Part shown: one piece after another, positions 35,901-45,146 of the stretch
How the letters are laid out: every line of letters begins with the position of its first letter
How positions within the stretch are numbered: the stretch's first letter is position 1
DNA from: a virus
Taxonomy: Duplodnaviria > Caudoviricetes
Reading direction: 5' to 3' (one strand)
IMG/VR virus record: IMGVR_UViG_645948499_000001
Span: 10,902-74,901 of that record
Length of the DNA: 64,000 nucleotides
Notes under the pieces: model-generated
Databases searched by the model: none
The model's input: the letters and a program-made list of their open reading frames with translations, nothing else
Told to the model about the DNA's origin: nothing
Program-made: the position numbers and the translations under genes

Positions 35901-38900
35901 AGGAAGTCGTACTTCTCCTGGGCAATGGCCTTCTCCTGCTGGCTGGCTTGAGTCCAGTCACCCAGGTGGAAGTTCTTAGCCGACAGAGTGTCGCGAGCTT
36001 CACGCCACAGGTTCTCCAGGGAACCGCGAATGAACAGACCTTCGTTCCCGTTCAGTGCATCGTCGATGGTTGCCTCTACCTGCTCCAGCACGAAGGCTTC
36101 CTGATCGCTGACCACGAAGGCAGACGACAGAGCTTCCGATGCGAACGGCATGGTGTTGGTGTCCATGGCCTTCAACACGATGTCGGTGTTGGTCAGGGCT
36201 TGGCCTTCCATCACACGGGTACGCAGTGCACCCATCGGGCCATGCAGAGCGGTAACGATGTCATCCAGGGCAGATTCCAGACGCTCCTGGTGAGCTACGC
36301 TGCTGTCCCGGTTCGAAGCCAGTGCATTGAAGATCTGCTTGGTGGACATACGGTTCACGCTATCCACAGCATCTTCATAGCGCAGGGTCATGGTGTCCTT
36401 CTTGGCCATCATGGCTTGAGCTTCGGCAAACAGACCAGCGGTGTTGCTGATCAGCAGACCCATGGCGTTCTGGTTCGACGGGGTGTTCTCACCACGGAAG
36501 ATCAAACCAGTCAGGGCACTGATGAAGCGACGCAGACCAGCACTGAAACCAGTGTCACGACCCTTAGCCGGGAGTTCCAGACCCTTCAGAACTTCTTCCT
36601 GGAAACCATTGTTGGTCATACCCCAGGAAACCAGTTCATGTACGTCCTGCACAGCATTGGCGTACTTCGCAGACAGAGTGCCATTGGCATTCAGGAAGTC
36701 CTTGGCTTTCGAACGGATCTCTTCCAGTTCGTCAACCATGCGGCTTGCAGCAGTAGTGTGGCTCGGGTCTTTGGCCTTGGCATCCAGTTCACGCTGAATC
36801 ACTCGACCGGTAACGGTATGGAGCAGTTCATGAACCAGAAACTCTTCAGTGATACCCGACTCAACGAAGTCAGGGGACTTGACGTAGATAGCGTCAAAGT
36901 TGCCCTTACTTGCATACCAACCGCGTGCTTTGCTCACGCCTTCTCCCAGTGCACCGTCCGGACCGGTCTGGGGGGTGACCATAATCACCGGCAGATCCTC
37001 ACGGGTCAGGCGACTCAGTGCAGCCAGTAGCTTCTTGGTGAAGCCATCCTGGGTACGCTTCTCCAGGTACTGAGACAGGTTGCGGGCGTTCACACCTTCG
37101 CTCGACAGGAACTCAACGAGGTCTTGCTCAGAAGGGGTAACAGCCTGGCCGATCTCGCCCCATACCGACTTGCGGCTACGGGTACTGTCATTGACGGTAG
37201 CCACTACAGCAGCAGCACGGTCTTCCGGCAGTACTTCCTTGGCCGAAGCCAGGGGCAGGTTCTGGTTCTCCATGACCGAAGCCACTTGCTGGAGATCTTC
37301 CTTCAGCTGACCATTGGATTCACGGATAACCCGGTCCATGGTGTTCAGGCTGGTAGCCGGGGCCAGAGTCTGGACGGAATCCGAAGACAGGGGCTTAGCC
37401 TTACCTGCCTTGGCTTCCGAAGCCATGACTTCCAGATTGGCATCGACGTTCTCGGCCCAGATCTCAGCTTCATCGTTGAACTTGCCTACCTGTTTCAGAG
37501 CATCACGAGCAGCCTTGCGGTCAGCATCGGTCACCAGGTAGCTACCACCTTCAGTGGCGTACTGACCAACAGCAGCCATCTCACTCAGCATGGTCAGCTT
37601 GTCGGTGTCAGCAGCTTCCGCCACACGACGGATCGCTTCCAGCTGCTGGCCAACGGTAGCGTTCTGGCTTTCCAGGTACTTCTGCATCATGGGAGCCATG
37701 ACAGCAGCAGCTTCGGGATCGGCCATCAGACTGTTGAAACCAGTCAGGGTACGCTCGAAGGTATTGACCATCTCACTGGCAGCCGAGTAGCCCAGCATAG
37801 CCTTGAAGGTAGCTTCGTTCAGCCGACGACCAGCCTCTGCCATGTCGGTCAAACCAGTGCCATGAGCATCGTGGATGTTCAGTACGCTGGCACCGTCCAA
37901 GGCATTGTGGCTGATGAAGGAGTCGAGTGCGTGGGTAGCCGTGATGAACGGAGCCACACCCGGACCTTCGTTGACGGTAGTCATACCACTGGCTTTCATG
38001 GAGTTGACTGCACGCTTGCGGCCTTCACTGTCCAAGAACTCCAGAGGCTCGGCGAAGTGAACTTCACTGCGGTACAGCGGAGTGTCATTCAGTTCACGGC
38101 GAGTCTTGGCCATGAGCATACCTGCATCCAGTTCATCACTGGCTTTCGAGAAAGCAGTGTGAAGGATGGGTTCCATCGGCTTCAGTTCCTTGCGGATCTG
38201 TTCGATTTGCTCACGGGTCAGGTCAGTGTACGGCTGGCCATCCTTACCACGAGGCAGGTCAGCAGTCTTCAGCATTTGTTCACGCTTGGCTTGGAACGCA
38301 GCTTCGTACATCTGGAACGCCATGTTGGCGGTCTTGTTGATCACGTCACGACGGCTGATGAACTCAGCATAGGTGTCGTTCAGTGCCTCTTCTACCTTCT
38401 TGCCCAGCAGGTTGTAGAAACTCTGCTTCAGAGCAGCTACCTGGCGTGCATCGAAAGTGGTATCGAGAGCAGCTTCGAAGCCCATGTCAGCCGGCCACTT
38501 CTGGGCCTTGCTGCTTACCATCAGCTGATTCACAGCATTGATGGTCTTACGCAGGGACTCCAGGTCGTTGGCGTTGGCAGCGTCTTCAATCTTGCTGTAG
38601 ATGGTTTCGATGAAGCCATCAGCCATACCGTCCACAGCAGTCTTGGTGTTCGAACCGAACATCATCGCAGTCAGGGGCTGCTTGATTACCTTACGGCCCT
38701 TGGACGATACGTTGCCGTCATCAGTGCTCAGTTCACCGGTGATGGCTTCGATAGCGGACAGCATCGGGTCATTGCCCAGGATATCCAGAACAGCCTTGAT
38801 GGTGCCTTCGTACAGGTCCAGGTTACCGGCTTCAGCGTGGAAGTCGTTGAACTGTTCGAAGCCATCGGTCTGGCTGAAGAAGCCACCCTGGTTCAGGGTT

Positions 38901-41900
38901 TCGAATCCCTTGGCACCAGACATCAGCAGGGAAAGCATCGGACCGTTGGTAACACCGTCCACTTCACCCAGCAGGGTAGTCTTGAAGGAAGCAGCACCGT
39001 CTTCACGGGCGATCTTCTCTTGAGCCAGGGCTACCAAACCATCCAGGCTGAAGAAGTTCTCACCAGCTTCAGCAACAGCAGCCAGGATTGCCGATTCGTT
39101 GGCAACCGTGTCTTGAGCATCACCACGCAGGATCTCAGCCAGTGCATCTACACCACCCTGAATTGCAGGGGTGTTCACAGTAGCATCGTACTTGGCCAGA
39201 ACCTTGTTGGTGTTGGTGGCTTCAGTCTTCTTACCGAAGGACTCCAGTACACGCAGCTTGAAGTTGTCCATGTCAGCCTTCGAGTCGAGTTTAACCTCGG
39301 ACTCCCAGCCTTCCATCTTCAGCATGTGACGATGGACCTTTGAGGTCTGCGGGTTGATCAGGTTGCTGGTCAAACCAACACGCTGAGGTTTCCACACAGA
39401 ACGGTCGAAGTACAGAGGCTGTTCCAGACCCAGGTCCGATACCTCGTTGATTCGGTTGAAGAAGTCACCGAAGTTCTGGATCTGACGAACCAGACCATCC
39501 GACTTGGCTTGCAGACCAGCACGGTTTGCCTTGTGTACCTTCTGGCCTTCCAGATCGGCAGCACCAGCAATGGTAGCCAGGGCTTCAGCACTCAGATTAC
39601 CCCATACCTGCCACATTTCAGGACGCAGAGTGTGAGCCTGCTTGGCGGCCTTATCCAGGATGCGAGCTTGCTCGGAACTGATCGGCTGCTGGGTACGCTT
39701 GGCGTTCTTCTGCTTGAAGTCGATGGGTTCGAAGCTAGGCTCAACCATGGCAGGGGTAGTACCGAACAGCTTGTTCAGGATCGACTGGCTACCCATGGTG
39801 GCTTCACGCACACGCTGAGCCAGAGGACCAGCCTGGAGCTTGCCATCTACACGCTCGCTGACCGGAGTCAGGAAGTAGTGCTGGACCTTCTCGTTGGCCT
39901 TGTCCTTGGAACCCATCAGGTTCTTCAGTTGAGCATCGCTGATTGCAGTGATCTTGGCAGCACCACTCTTCACCAGCAGGTGCAGAGCGTGTTCACCCAG
40001 GGAAGCTTCCAGTCGAGCTTGCTCGTTCACCGGAGCATTGGGCAGTACTTCCAAACCAAGGACTTCACGTACCTTTGCACCCAGTTGAGCAGCAGCAGTG
40101 GCTTGACGCACACCTACGGTAGCCAGGGCAGCGTAAGCAGCCGGGGATACCTCAGCAGTGCTGTCCTTACCGAGGATGGCATTGATACCTGCATCGGAGT
40201 TGACCAGGTTGGAAGCTGCATCGTTGATCCAATCGTAGGCAGCGTAAGCAATAGCAGTGCTCACGTTCTCGTCCAGGGAACCATCAGCGTTCACCAGGAA
40301 CTGAGCGTAGTCTCGGAAACGGTAACGACTGGCGTCGCCAGACTTGGAGACGTACTGCTTCAGGTTGGCTTCAACCAGAGGCTTGGCCATACGCTGGAAG
40401 CCCATGAAGTTCTTCAGGGCAGACTGTTGCTGTCCAGTGAAGGACTCAACACCAGCGAACTCTGCCAGCTTGACAGCACCAGTACGAACGGCAGTAGCGA
40501 AGTCTTTCACCGAAGCCAGCGGCTTCTTGGTGTCACCTTCTTGCTTGGCCGGAGACTGTTGGAAGAAGGCACCTACAAGGTTGGTGTCCTGATAGTCCTG
40601 GCTTGCCAGCGGCTTACCACGAACTTCTGCACCTTCACGGATTGCAGTCAGTTCACCAGTTTCGACCTCGGGAACAGGTTCCGCCTGGACCGTCTCAGCT
40701 TCCTGGGCAACAGCCTCTTCGGATACCTGAGCGGTAGGCTCTGCTACCGGGGTCACCTCTTCAGCTACAGGAGCAACTTCTTGTTCCTGGGCAATGGTCT
40801 GCTCTTGAGCAACCTGTACAGCGTTGGTCAGCGGACCAGCATTGATCAGTGCTTGCAGGGACTCAGCAGTACGTGCCAGTGCAGTAGCTTCCATCGCTAC
40901 AGCATCACGCAGCTTCTGAGAACCTGCGAACACTCGCAGACCTTTGGCCGACTGAACCTGACGGGGAGTCATACCCTCGGGAGCAACTTCCCATACACCA
41001 GTCTCCTGGTTCGGGATGATGTTGATGAAGTCCTGAGTACCTTGGACCTTCTCGAAGGCATCGCTCAGTGCAGCGAACTTGGACAGGCGGGTATCAGCGA
41101 AAGCACGCAGCTGGTCTACCTGAGCGGTAGCAGCTTCGATGTTCCCGTTGGACAGGGCCATACGCACAGCATTGCGGTACTGGGGAATACCCTTGAAACC
41201 ATCACCACCAACTTCGATGTCGGTACGGACGCCGGACAAACTCTTCAGTTCATCCATGGCTTCCTTGGCTTGAGCGAAGCTACGAAGTGCAGTGCGGTAT
41301 TCAGGAGACAGGCCGTTGGATTCATCCGAAACCATGGAAGCAATCTGCTCACTGGTCAGGCTGTCCGGGTTGGTCATGGTCAGAGTGATGACCTTCTCAG
41401 CAGCTTCCGGGGAAGCGGGAGCCTGGGCAACCAGTTCCTCTACTTCCGGGGCAGTAGGTGCTGCATCGGTATGCAGACGTTGGATGGCTTCACGAGTAGC
41501 CTTCAGACGTTGGTTCAGTTCCTTGAGTTCTGCATCATCCTGGGCACGAAGTTCGGGAGTATAGGCAGCAGCCTCTTCTTCCAGACCACGGATTGACTCG
41601 ATCTGAGCCTCCAGCTGAGTACGTTCTTCGGGAGTAGCTTGCTCCAGTTGAGCTTCACGTTGTTCACGGGCAGCAACCAGACGGGCAACACCTTCTTCAC
41701 TGGCCAGAGCTTGGACACTTTCGATGTCCGAAATCTGCTTGGCCAGATCCTGTTCGATGGTGTCAGCCTGAGCAATGACGGACTCACGTACTTCGGGAGT
41801 ATCGTTCTTCAGAACTTGCTCATGCAGCACACTCACCGCACCAGCCGGGTTGTAGTTCTCCGACTCGATGTTGGTCAGGTCTGCAATGTCACCAGTTTCA

Positions 41901-43114
41901 CGGGCAGCAGTCACAGCTTCCCGGTCAGTGATGGCTTGTTCAGCCTTGGACTTAGCCTTGGAAGAACCACGTACTGCACGGCCAGCGATGTTCAGAGAAC
42001 CGCCGACAGCTGCACCAATGGCAGCACCTTCAACGATCTCTTCGATGCTTGCATCGTCCAGACGAACCTGGGCTTCACCGTAGGTCTGATAGCCTTCGGT
42101 CACACCCTCACGGGCACTGGAGGAGAGAGTCGAACGGATCAAACCAGACTCACCACGAATACCACGCAGCATGCTCAGGTCACCGACCTGCTCGGCCATG
42201 GCCAGAGATGCAGCGAATGCACCCATCTTCAGGCGGTCTTCTTGATCCGGCAGCTGACCATCGTTGGCTTCGGCGTATTCACGGTAGCCTTCGCGAAGTT
42301 CATCAGCAGCGTAGCCGACGTTGGTAGCTACACCCAGCGGAGCGGATACAGCAGCGGCAGCCAGTTGAGGGGCGTTCTCCACGGTGTACTCAGTGACAGC
42401 AGCTGGGTTGGTAGCAGTACCAGCAACAGCACCGGCTACGGTCTGAGTTGCACCAGCAGCACCGGACAGAAGAGCATCCAGGATCTCACCACGTTCCAGT
42501 TGTTCACCAGATTCACGCAGCAGAGCTACGCCCTGTTGGGTACGCTCAGCGATATCGCGGCTCATGGTGTCACGATCAGTGGTATCGACAATCGAAGAGA
42601 TGTCGAAGAAGTCCTGCACTGCCTTACCGGCATCACGCAAACCTTGAACACCGATCAGTCGATCACGCATGGTTTGTTGAACGCCGTCTTCGCCAGCAGC
42701 AATCTGGTTCAGGATGGCGTCGTCACCTTCCAGCGGGTTACCGGTGATCTCCCGGTTGTAAGCCTGAATGGCTTCCTCGGAAACACCAGCTTGCCCCATC
42801 TGAGCAGCGAAGTTCAGGGGAAGGTTGGCCAGTTGACCGGCTACTCGGGAAGTACCCGAAGCCAGGGATGCAGCCAGGTTGATGGCACCGGTGCCGGTAG
42901 CGCCAGGGGTGATACCCATCTTGCCCACCCAGGACTCTTCAATGTTCCGGCGCTTCTGTTCTGCCATCTCGTAGATGTTGAACTGCTTCTGAGTACCCTT
43001 CATCGGGAAGGAGCTACCCAGATCAGCGAATGCAGAAGGATCGAAGGCTGGTGCAACACCAGCCTCCGCGTCCAATCTCGCATCCAGGAAAGAATCGAGA
43101 TCAAAGTCAGCCAT
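32903..43114 (-). CDS. virion-encapsidated RNA polymerase (N4 gp50-like vRNAP), 3403 aa
   Basis: Size; motif A EVDGVTNG, motif B RKVIKQPLTAMMFG, motif C IHDA; INPQTSKVHR; no Cys seen on reading. Confidence 0.96.
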   Translation of the reverse strand: MADFDLDSFLDARLDAEAGVAPAFDPSAFADLGSSFPMKGTQKQFNIYEMAEQKRRNIEESWVGKMGITPGATGTGAINLAASLASGTSRVAGQLANLPLNFAAQMGQAGVSEEAIQAYNREITGNPLEGDDAILNQIAAGEDGVQQTMRDRLIGVQGLRDAGKAVQDFFDISSIVDTTDRDTMSRDIAERTQQGVALLRESGEQLERGEILDALLSGAAGATQTVAGAVAGTATNPAAVTEYTVENAPQLAAAAVSAPLGVATNVGYAADELREGYREYAEANDGQLPDQEDRLKMGAFAASLAMAEQVGDLSMLRGIRGESGLIRSTLSSSAREGVTEGYQTYGEAQVRLDDASIEEIVEGAAIGAAVGGSLNIAGRAVRGSSKAKSKAEQAITDREAVTAARETGDIADLTNIESENYNPAGAVSVLHEQVLKNDTPEVRESVIAQADTIEQDLAKQISDIESVQALASEEGVARLVAAREQREAQLEQATPEERTQLEAQIESIRGLEEEAAAYTPELRAQDDAELKELNQRLKATREAIQRLHTDAAPTAPEVEELVAQAPASPEAAEKVITLTMTNPDSLTSEQIASMVSDESNGLSPEYRTALRSFAQAKEAMDELKSLSGVRTDIEVGGDGFKGIPQYRNAVRMALSNGNIEAATAQVDQLRAFADTRLSKFAALSDAFEKVQGTQDFINIIPNQETGVWEVAPEGMTPRQVQSAKGLRVFAGSQKLRDAVAMEATALARTAESLQALINAGPLTNAVQVAQEQTIAQEQEVAPVAEEVTPVAEPTAQVSEEAVAQEAETVQAEPVPEVETGELTAIREGAEVRGKPLASQDYQDTNLVGAFFQQSPAKQEGDTKKPLASVKDFATAVRTGAVKLAEFAGVESFTGQQQSALKNFMGFQRMAKPLVEANLKQYVSKSGDASRYRFRDYAQFLVNADGSLDENVSTAIAYAAYDWINDAASNLVNSDAGINAILGKDSTAEVSPAAYAALATVGVRQATAAAQLGAKVREVLGLEVLPNAPVNEQARLEASLGEHALHLLVKSGAAKITAISDAQLKNLMGSKDKANEKVQHYFLTPVSERVDGKLQAGPLAQRVREATMGSQSILNKLFGTTPAMVEPSFEPIDFKQKNAKRTQQPISSEQARILDKAAKQAHTLRPEMWQVWGNLSAEALATIAGAADLEGQKVHKANRAGLQAKSDGLVRQIQNFGDFFNRINEVSDLGLEQPLYFDRSVWKPQRVGLTSNLINPQTSKVHRHMLKMEGWESEVKLDSKADMDNFKLRVLESFGKKTEATNTNKVLAKYDATVNTPAIQGGVDALAEILRGDAQDTVANESAILAAVAEAGENFFSLDGLVALAQEKIAREDGAASFKTTLLGEVDGVTNGPMLSLLMSGAKGFETLNQGGFFSQTDGFEQFNDFHAEAGNLDLYEGTIKAVLDILGNDPMLSAIEAITGELSTDDGNVSSKGRKVIKQPLTAMMFGSNTKTAVDGMADGFIETIYSKIEDAANANDLESLRKTINAVNQLMVSSKAQKWPADMGFEAALDTTFDARQVAALKQSFYNLLGKKVEEALNDTYAEFISRRDVINKTANMAFQMYEAAFQAKREQMLKTADLPRGKDGQPYTDLTREQIEQIRKELKPMEPILHTAFSKASDELDAGMLMAKTRRELNDTPLYRSEVHFAEPLEFLDSEGRKRAVNSMKASGMTTVNEGPGVAPFITATHALDSFISHNALDGASVLNIHDAHGTGLTDMAEAGRRLNEATFKAMLGYSAASEMVNTFERTLTGFNSLMADPEAAAVMAPMMQKYLESQNATVGQQLEAIRRVAEAADTDKLTMLSEMAAVGQYATEGGSYLVTDADRKAARDALKQVGKFNDEAEIWAENVDANLEVMASEAKAGKAKPLSSDSVQTLAPATSLNTMDRVIRESNGQLKEDLQQVASVMENQNLPLASAKEVLPEDRAAAVVATVNDSTRSRKSVWGEIGQAVTPSEQDLVEFLSSEGVNARNLSQYLEKRTQDGFTKKLLAALSRLTREDLPVIMVTPQTGPDGALGEGVSKARGWYASKGNFDAIYVKSPDFVESGITEEFLVHELLHTVTGRVIQRELDAKAKDPSHTTAASRMVDELEEIRSKAKDFLNANGTLSAKYANAVQDVHELVSWGMTNNGFQEEVLKGLELPAKGRDTGFSAGLRRFISALTGLIFRGENTPSNQNAMGLLISNTAGLFAEAQAMMAKKDTMTLRYEDAVDSVNRMSTKQIFNALASNRDSSVAHQERLESALDDIVTALHGPMGALRTRVMEGQALTNTDIVLKAMDTNTMPFASEALSSAFVVSDQEAFVLEQVEATIDDALNGNEGLFIRGSLENLWREARDTLSAKNFHLGDWTQASQQEKAIAQEKYDFLFKVQASAAGKNSFLARFAGLAIGSEEVFNALGFRSKSTERSLSGMTLSQKVMELFRRLLTRLDRLHDKTAPGELANNRLVTLLDRLVDIEAKRRGRFAERKLGALDQVEQALGNMGESLRNTVEQAAQSTFFTNNNSPFIRAAGSLVENTMAGRIDGVLEGISRLRDDAFRKPRGVLMGVLDEMRGVTGLMDAAHNLFKQAKSNEMERKQHIEYTVAQVNASFKDGGQYLTTKDKAALTKAFLRTNMSALLDSYGFDDLRLMLNNDSELRKERNQLETQLLGMKNGSYYLRAVKDLAYNRAIGGNVSPNLMLNTQNIADLIGTKKALSVSKSEAKAAKEVMDLLLPMFTFEYTSHEDKVAAREVLRTEAARGKDNGVEMILKLHKGLQDRSKSFLFEGTERLMIDGYTPDIFDNKIEVLAVDATDLDYFLKRGYTRAGNVQEDKAAGLSAGKVLVSRRGSGQVGLLTGAMSYTGMQAKGSRVERSAVNMLSNAPGTAKNTIGTIRKNIADSVDEMFTTDTNYDPRNAQAQRVAPVLDPNGIVVDYRYMMTEHNRDSLLNRDNSMDQVLGTLAGQIVDKVSSHQQNVDVVRSMYEQFREDYSNRPSSYIKVGKDSTEAHLQELYNLLPYATKREIRNVWKSDNMMIPADQLNMIMGYRKASVTGPFGLDPQERNVAQQVLVTVAEAILGPKAALRLGRAEDVIQELVREAKDILVVKNIFTLVGNIVSNMTLLAWSGVGIADAVRAHATGIKGALQYRADNKRLIQLVQAKEIGYVPEGVKSIDDEIAVLRDRIARNPIKPLIDAGLMPTIVEDVEADDSQYSYKSLLQRKTEKVTSKLPKLVRDAAKFVYVAHDTSMYKFLSQTTQLSDLVARYTLYEHLINRTRDPLSKADALKQAEESFVNYDIPSHRVVQYLNDTGLLMFTKYYLRIQKVIARLVKEKPARGLALVVANHFISGLQSVMDSSWINRIGHNPFQNGPFAFPSSLSELPMVKGLMNL

Positions 43115-44676
43115 CAGAAGTTCCTTTTAAGCAATCGGTCTACCGTATCGTTGGGGTTGATACTAACACCCTTTTTCGCCTTTGCCGAGTTGATTACTTT
43201 ATAGTTGTTTACCAGTTTGTCGTTTTCCAGTTTGGACATCTCCTTTAGGAAGCTATCCCGCACCGTGTCTGCATCCTGAGCCATCTGCTCCATACCTTTG
43301 TTGCCGAGCAAGTCCTGTAGGTTCTTCAGGTAGCTCTTGGCATCGTTACGAAGCCAGGAATCAGCATCAGTGGAGGCAGCAGCAGCAGCGATCAGCTGGG
43401 ACGGCACCACGATCTTCCGGCCACCATCGGTAGTCATACCGTTGGTAGACCATTCGATCAGAGTGTCGGCAACCAGACGACGTTCCGACTCCGGCATACC
43501 GTTCTTGCCCAGCTTCTCCACCGTCTTGGTGACATCTTCCAGCGGAGTCTTGCTCGGCTCAACGAACGGGTTGCGGGCAACCTCGGTTTCGTAGTTCTTG
43601 GTCAGCTGCTTCTGGACTCGACTGAGTTCGGCATTGACTGCGGCCATCTGGTTTTCAGCCTTGGCAGCATCTTCCGGTGCCAGGGAGTCCATACCCTGCA
43701 TGATCTCCAACTGCTTCACACCACGTTGGATAGCAGCAGGGGAAGCACCGCTGTCGGTCAGTGCCTTGACCAGAGCCTGCTTCTCGTTGGTAGCAGAGAG
43801 GTTCGCAGACAAACCAGACGATTGAACTGCTTCCCGGTAGGTAGCTTCCTGGTCAGCATCCATCTGAGTAACGTCCGGCATGCCGGTTTCATCAGTGGGC
43901 AAACCTTGCTCCTTACCGATATCCCGCAGGAGTGCGTTGGCGGTATCCCGACTTTCACGGTACTGGCTTGTGATCTCCAGTACAGCACTGTCAGCCAGCT
44001 TGTTGTCGTTCCGCTCACGTGCAGCGTCTTGCCGAACTTCACGTTGGTACGCCAGATTCTCTCGGCCAGCAGTCATGGACAACTGGTGGGATTCCGCAGC
44101 ACGGTCAGCAGCAGCCTGAGCACGCTGTTCACCAGCAGCACGGTACTGACGCTGCATCAGGTTGTCCTGGACACCGGCCAGTTCTTTACGGATCTCGCCC
44201 TCGTTGATCAGCTGACGTTCAGCCAGGATTGCATCGACATCCCGACCACGGCCTTGAGCAGCCAAGGTACGGAGTTCGTCTACAACCCCACGCTGATCTA
44301 CTTCAGCCTGCTGATCCTGGAATACCTGCTGTGCAGCAGCATCCTTCTGGAGGGTCTGCCTCCGGTTGAGGATTGCATCGCGGGTTGCAGCACGGTCCAA
44401 GCGCATGCCCAAAGCGTCACGCTGACCGGCCAAACCAGCAACGAAATCAGGGTCTTGGAGTTGGGCCAGGTCAGCCGAAGCAACCTGATCCAGATAATTT
44501 TGCGTGTTGGCTTCACGCTGTACACCGGCATTCGCCACGGCCATCTCTTGCTGTTGCTTGATGATGTCGCCGAGCGAAGCCAGTGCAGATTGGACACCGG
44601 TAGTCCCGGCAGTCATCGAACGAGCACTGCCGGGGGTTACCGTTGCACCAATGTTACGCCAAGTGATAGGCGGCAT
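43114..44676 (-). CDS. virion/ejection protein (N4 gp51 position)
   Basis: MPPITWRNI start; helical, Gln/Ala-rich; no Cys seen; syntenic. Confidence 0.75.
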   Translation of the reverse strand: MPPITWRNIGATVTPGSARSMTAGTTGVQSALASLGDIIKQQQEMAVANAGVQREANTQNYLDQVASADLAQLQDPDFVAGLAGQRDALGMRLDRAATRDAILNRRQTLQKDAAAQQVFQDQQAEVDQRGVVDELRTLAAQGRGRDVDAILAERQLINEGEIRKELAGVQDNLMQRQYRAAGEQRAQAAADRAAESHQLSMTAGRENLAYQREVRQDAARERNDNKLADSAVLEITSQYRESRDTANALLRDIGKEQGLPTDETGMPDVTQMDADQEATYREAVQSSGLSANLSATNEKQALVKALTDSGASPAAIQRGVKQLEIMQGMDSLAPEDAAKAENQMAAVNAELSRVQKQLTKNYETEVARNPFVEPSKTPLEDVTKTVEKLGKNGMPESERRLVADTLIEWSTNGMTTDGGRKIVVPSQLIAAAAASTDADSWLRNDAKSYLKNLQDLLGNKGMEQMAQDADTVRDSFLKEMSKLENDKLVNNYKVINSAKAKKGVSINPNDTVDRLLKRNF

Positions 44677-45146
44677 TAGCGAATCCGATTCCGTTCCATG
44701 TACTTGTCTACGGACTCATACGCACCAGCGTTAGAGGCCACCCGAGCACGTTGACGATCTTCCATCTGGGTATTGATGGATTGACGTTGAGCACCGAAGT
44801 TCAGGTCGAACTGACGACGGCTCTCTGCCAATTGGTCTCGTGCAAACTTCTCTTGGCGTTTGCCAGCTTGCATGCCCATCAGGGCTTGGCCGATTCCGAG
44901 TGCGGGCATTACCCAGCCACCGGTACGGGCACCAGATTCGGATACACCACCGAACATGGATTCCTGGTTGAAGAATCCGCCGAAGCCAGACATCAGATTG
45001 GCCAGTCCCTGGGCAGGAGCAGCTTCTGCGCCCACGTTGATGCTGGGCATCTGAATGTTGGTCTGGGGTCCACCCAAACCAAAGGAGCCAAGAGTGGACA
45101 GGTCCAACTCTACTCCGAAGGGGTTGTTGCTATACGGATACGCCAT
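44676..45146 (-). CDS. virion/ejection protein (N4 gp52-like)
   Basis: Gly-rich N-terminus; QRQSINTQMEDRQRAR. Confidence 0.8.
   Translation of the reverse strand: MAYPYSNNPFGVELDLSTLGSFGLGGPQTNIQMPSINVGAEAAPAQGLANLMSGFGGFFNQESMFGGVSESGARTGGWVMPALGIGQALMGMQAGKRQEKFARDQLAESRRQFDLNFGAQRQSINTQMEDRQRARVASNAGAYESVDKYMERNRIR

Noticed and set aside
32984-43204. Long + strand ORFs (941, 380, 739, 695 and 521 aa) antisense to the vRNAP
   Set aside because: Shadow frames caused by the codon bias of the real gene; no RBS or recognisable motifs.
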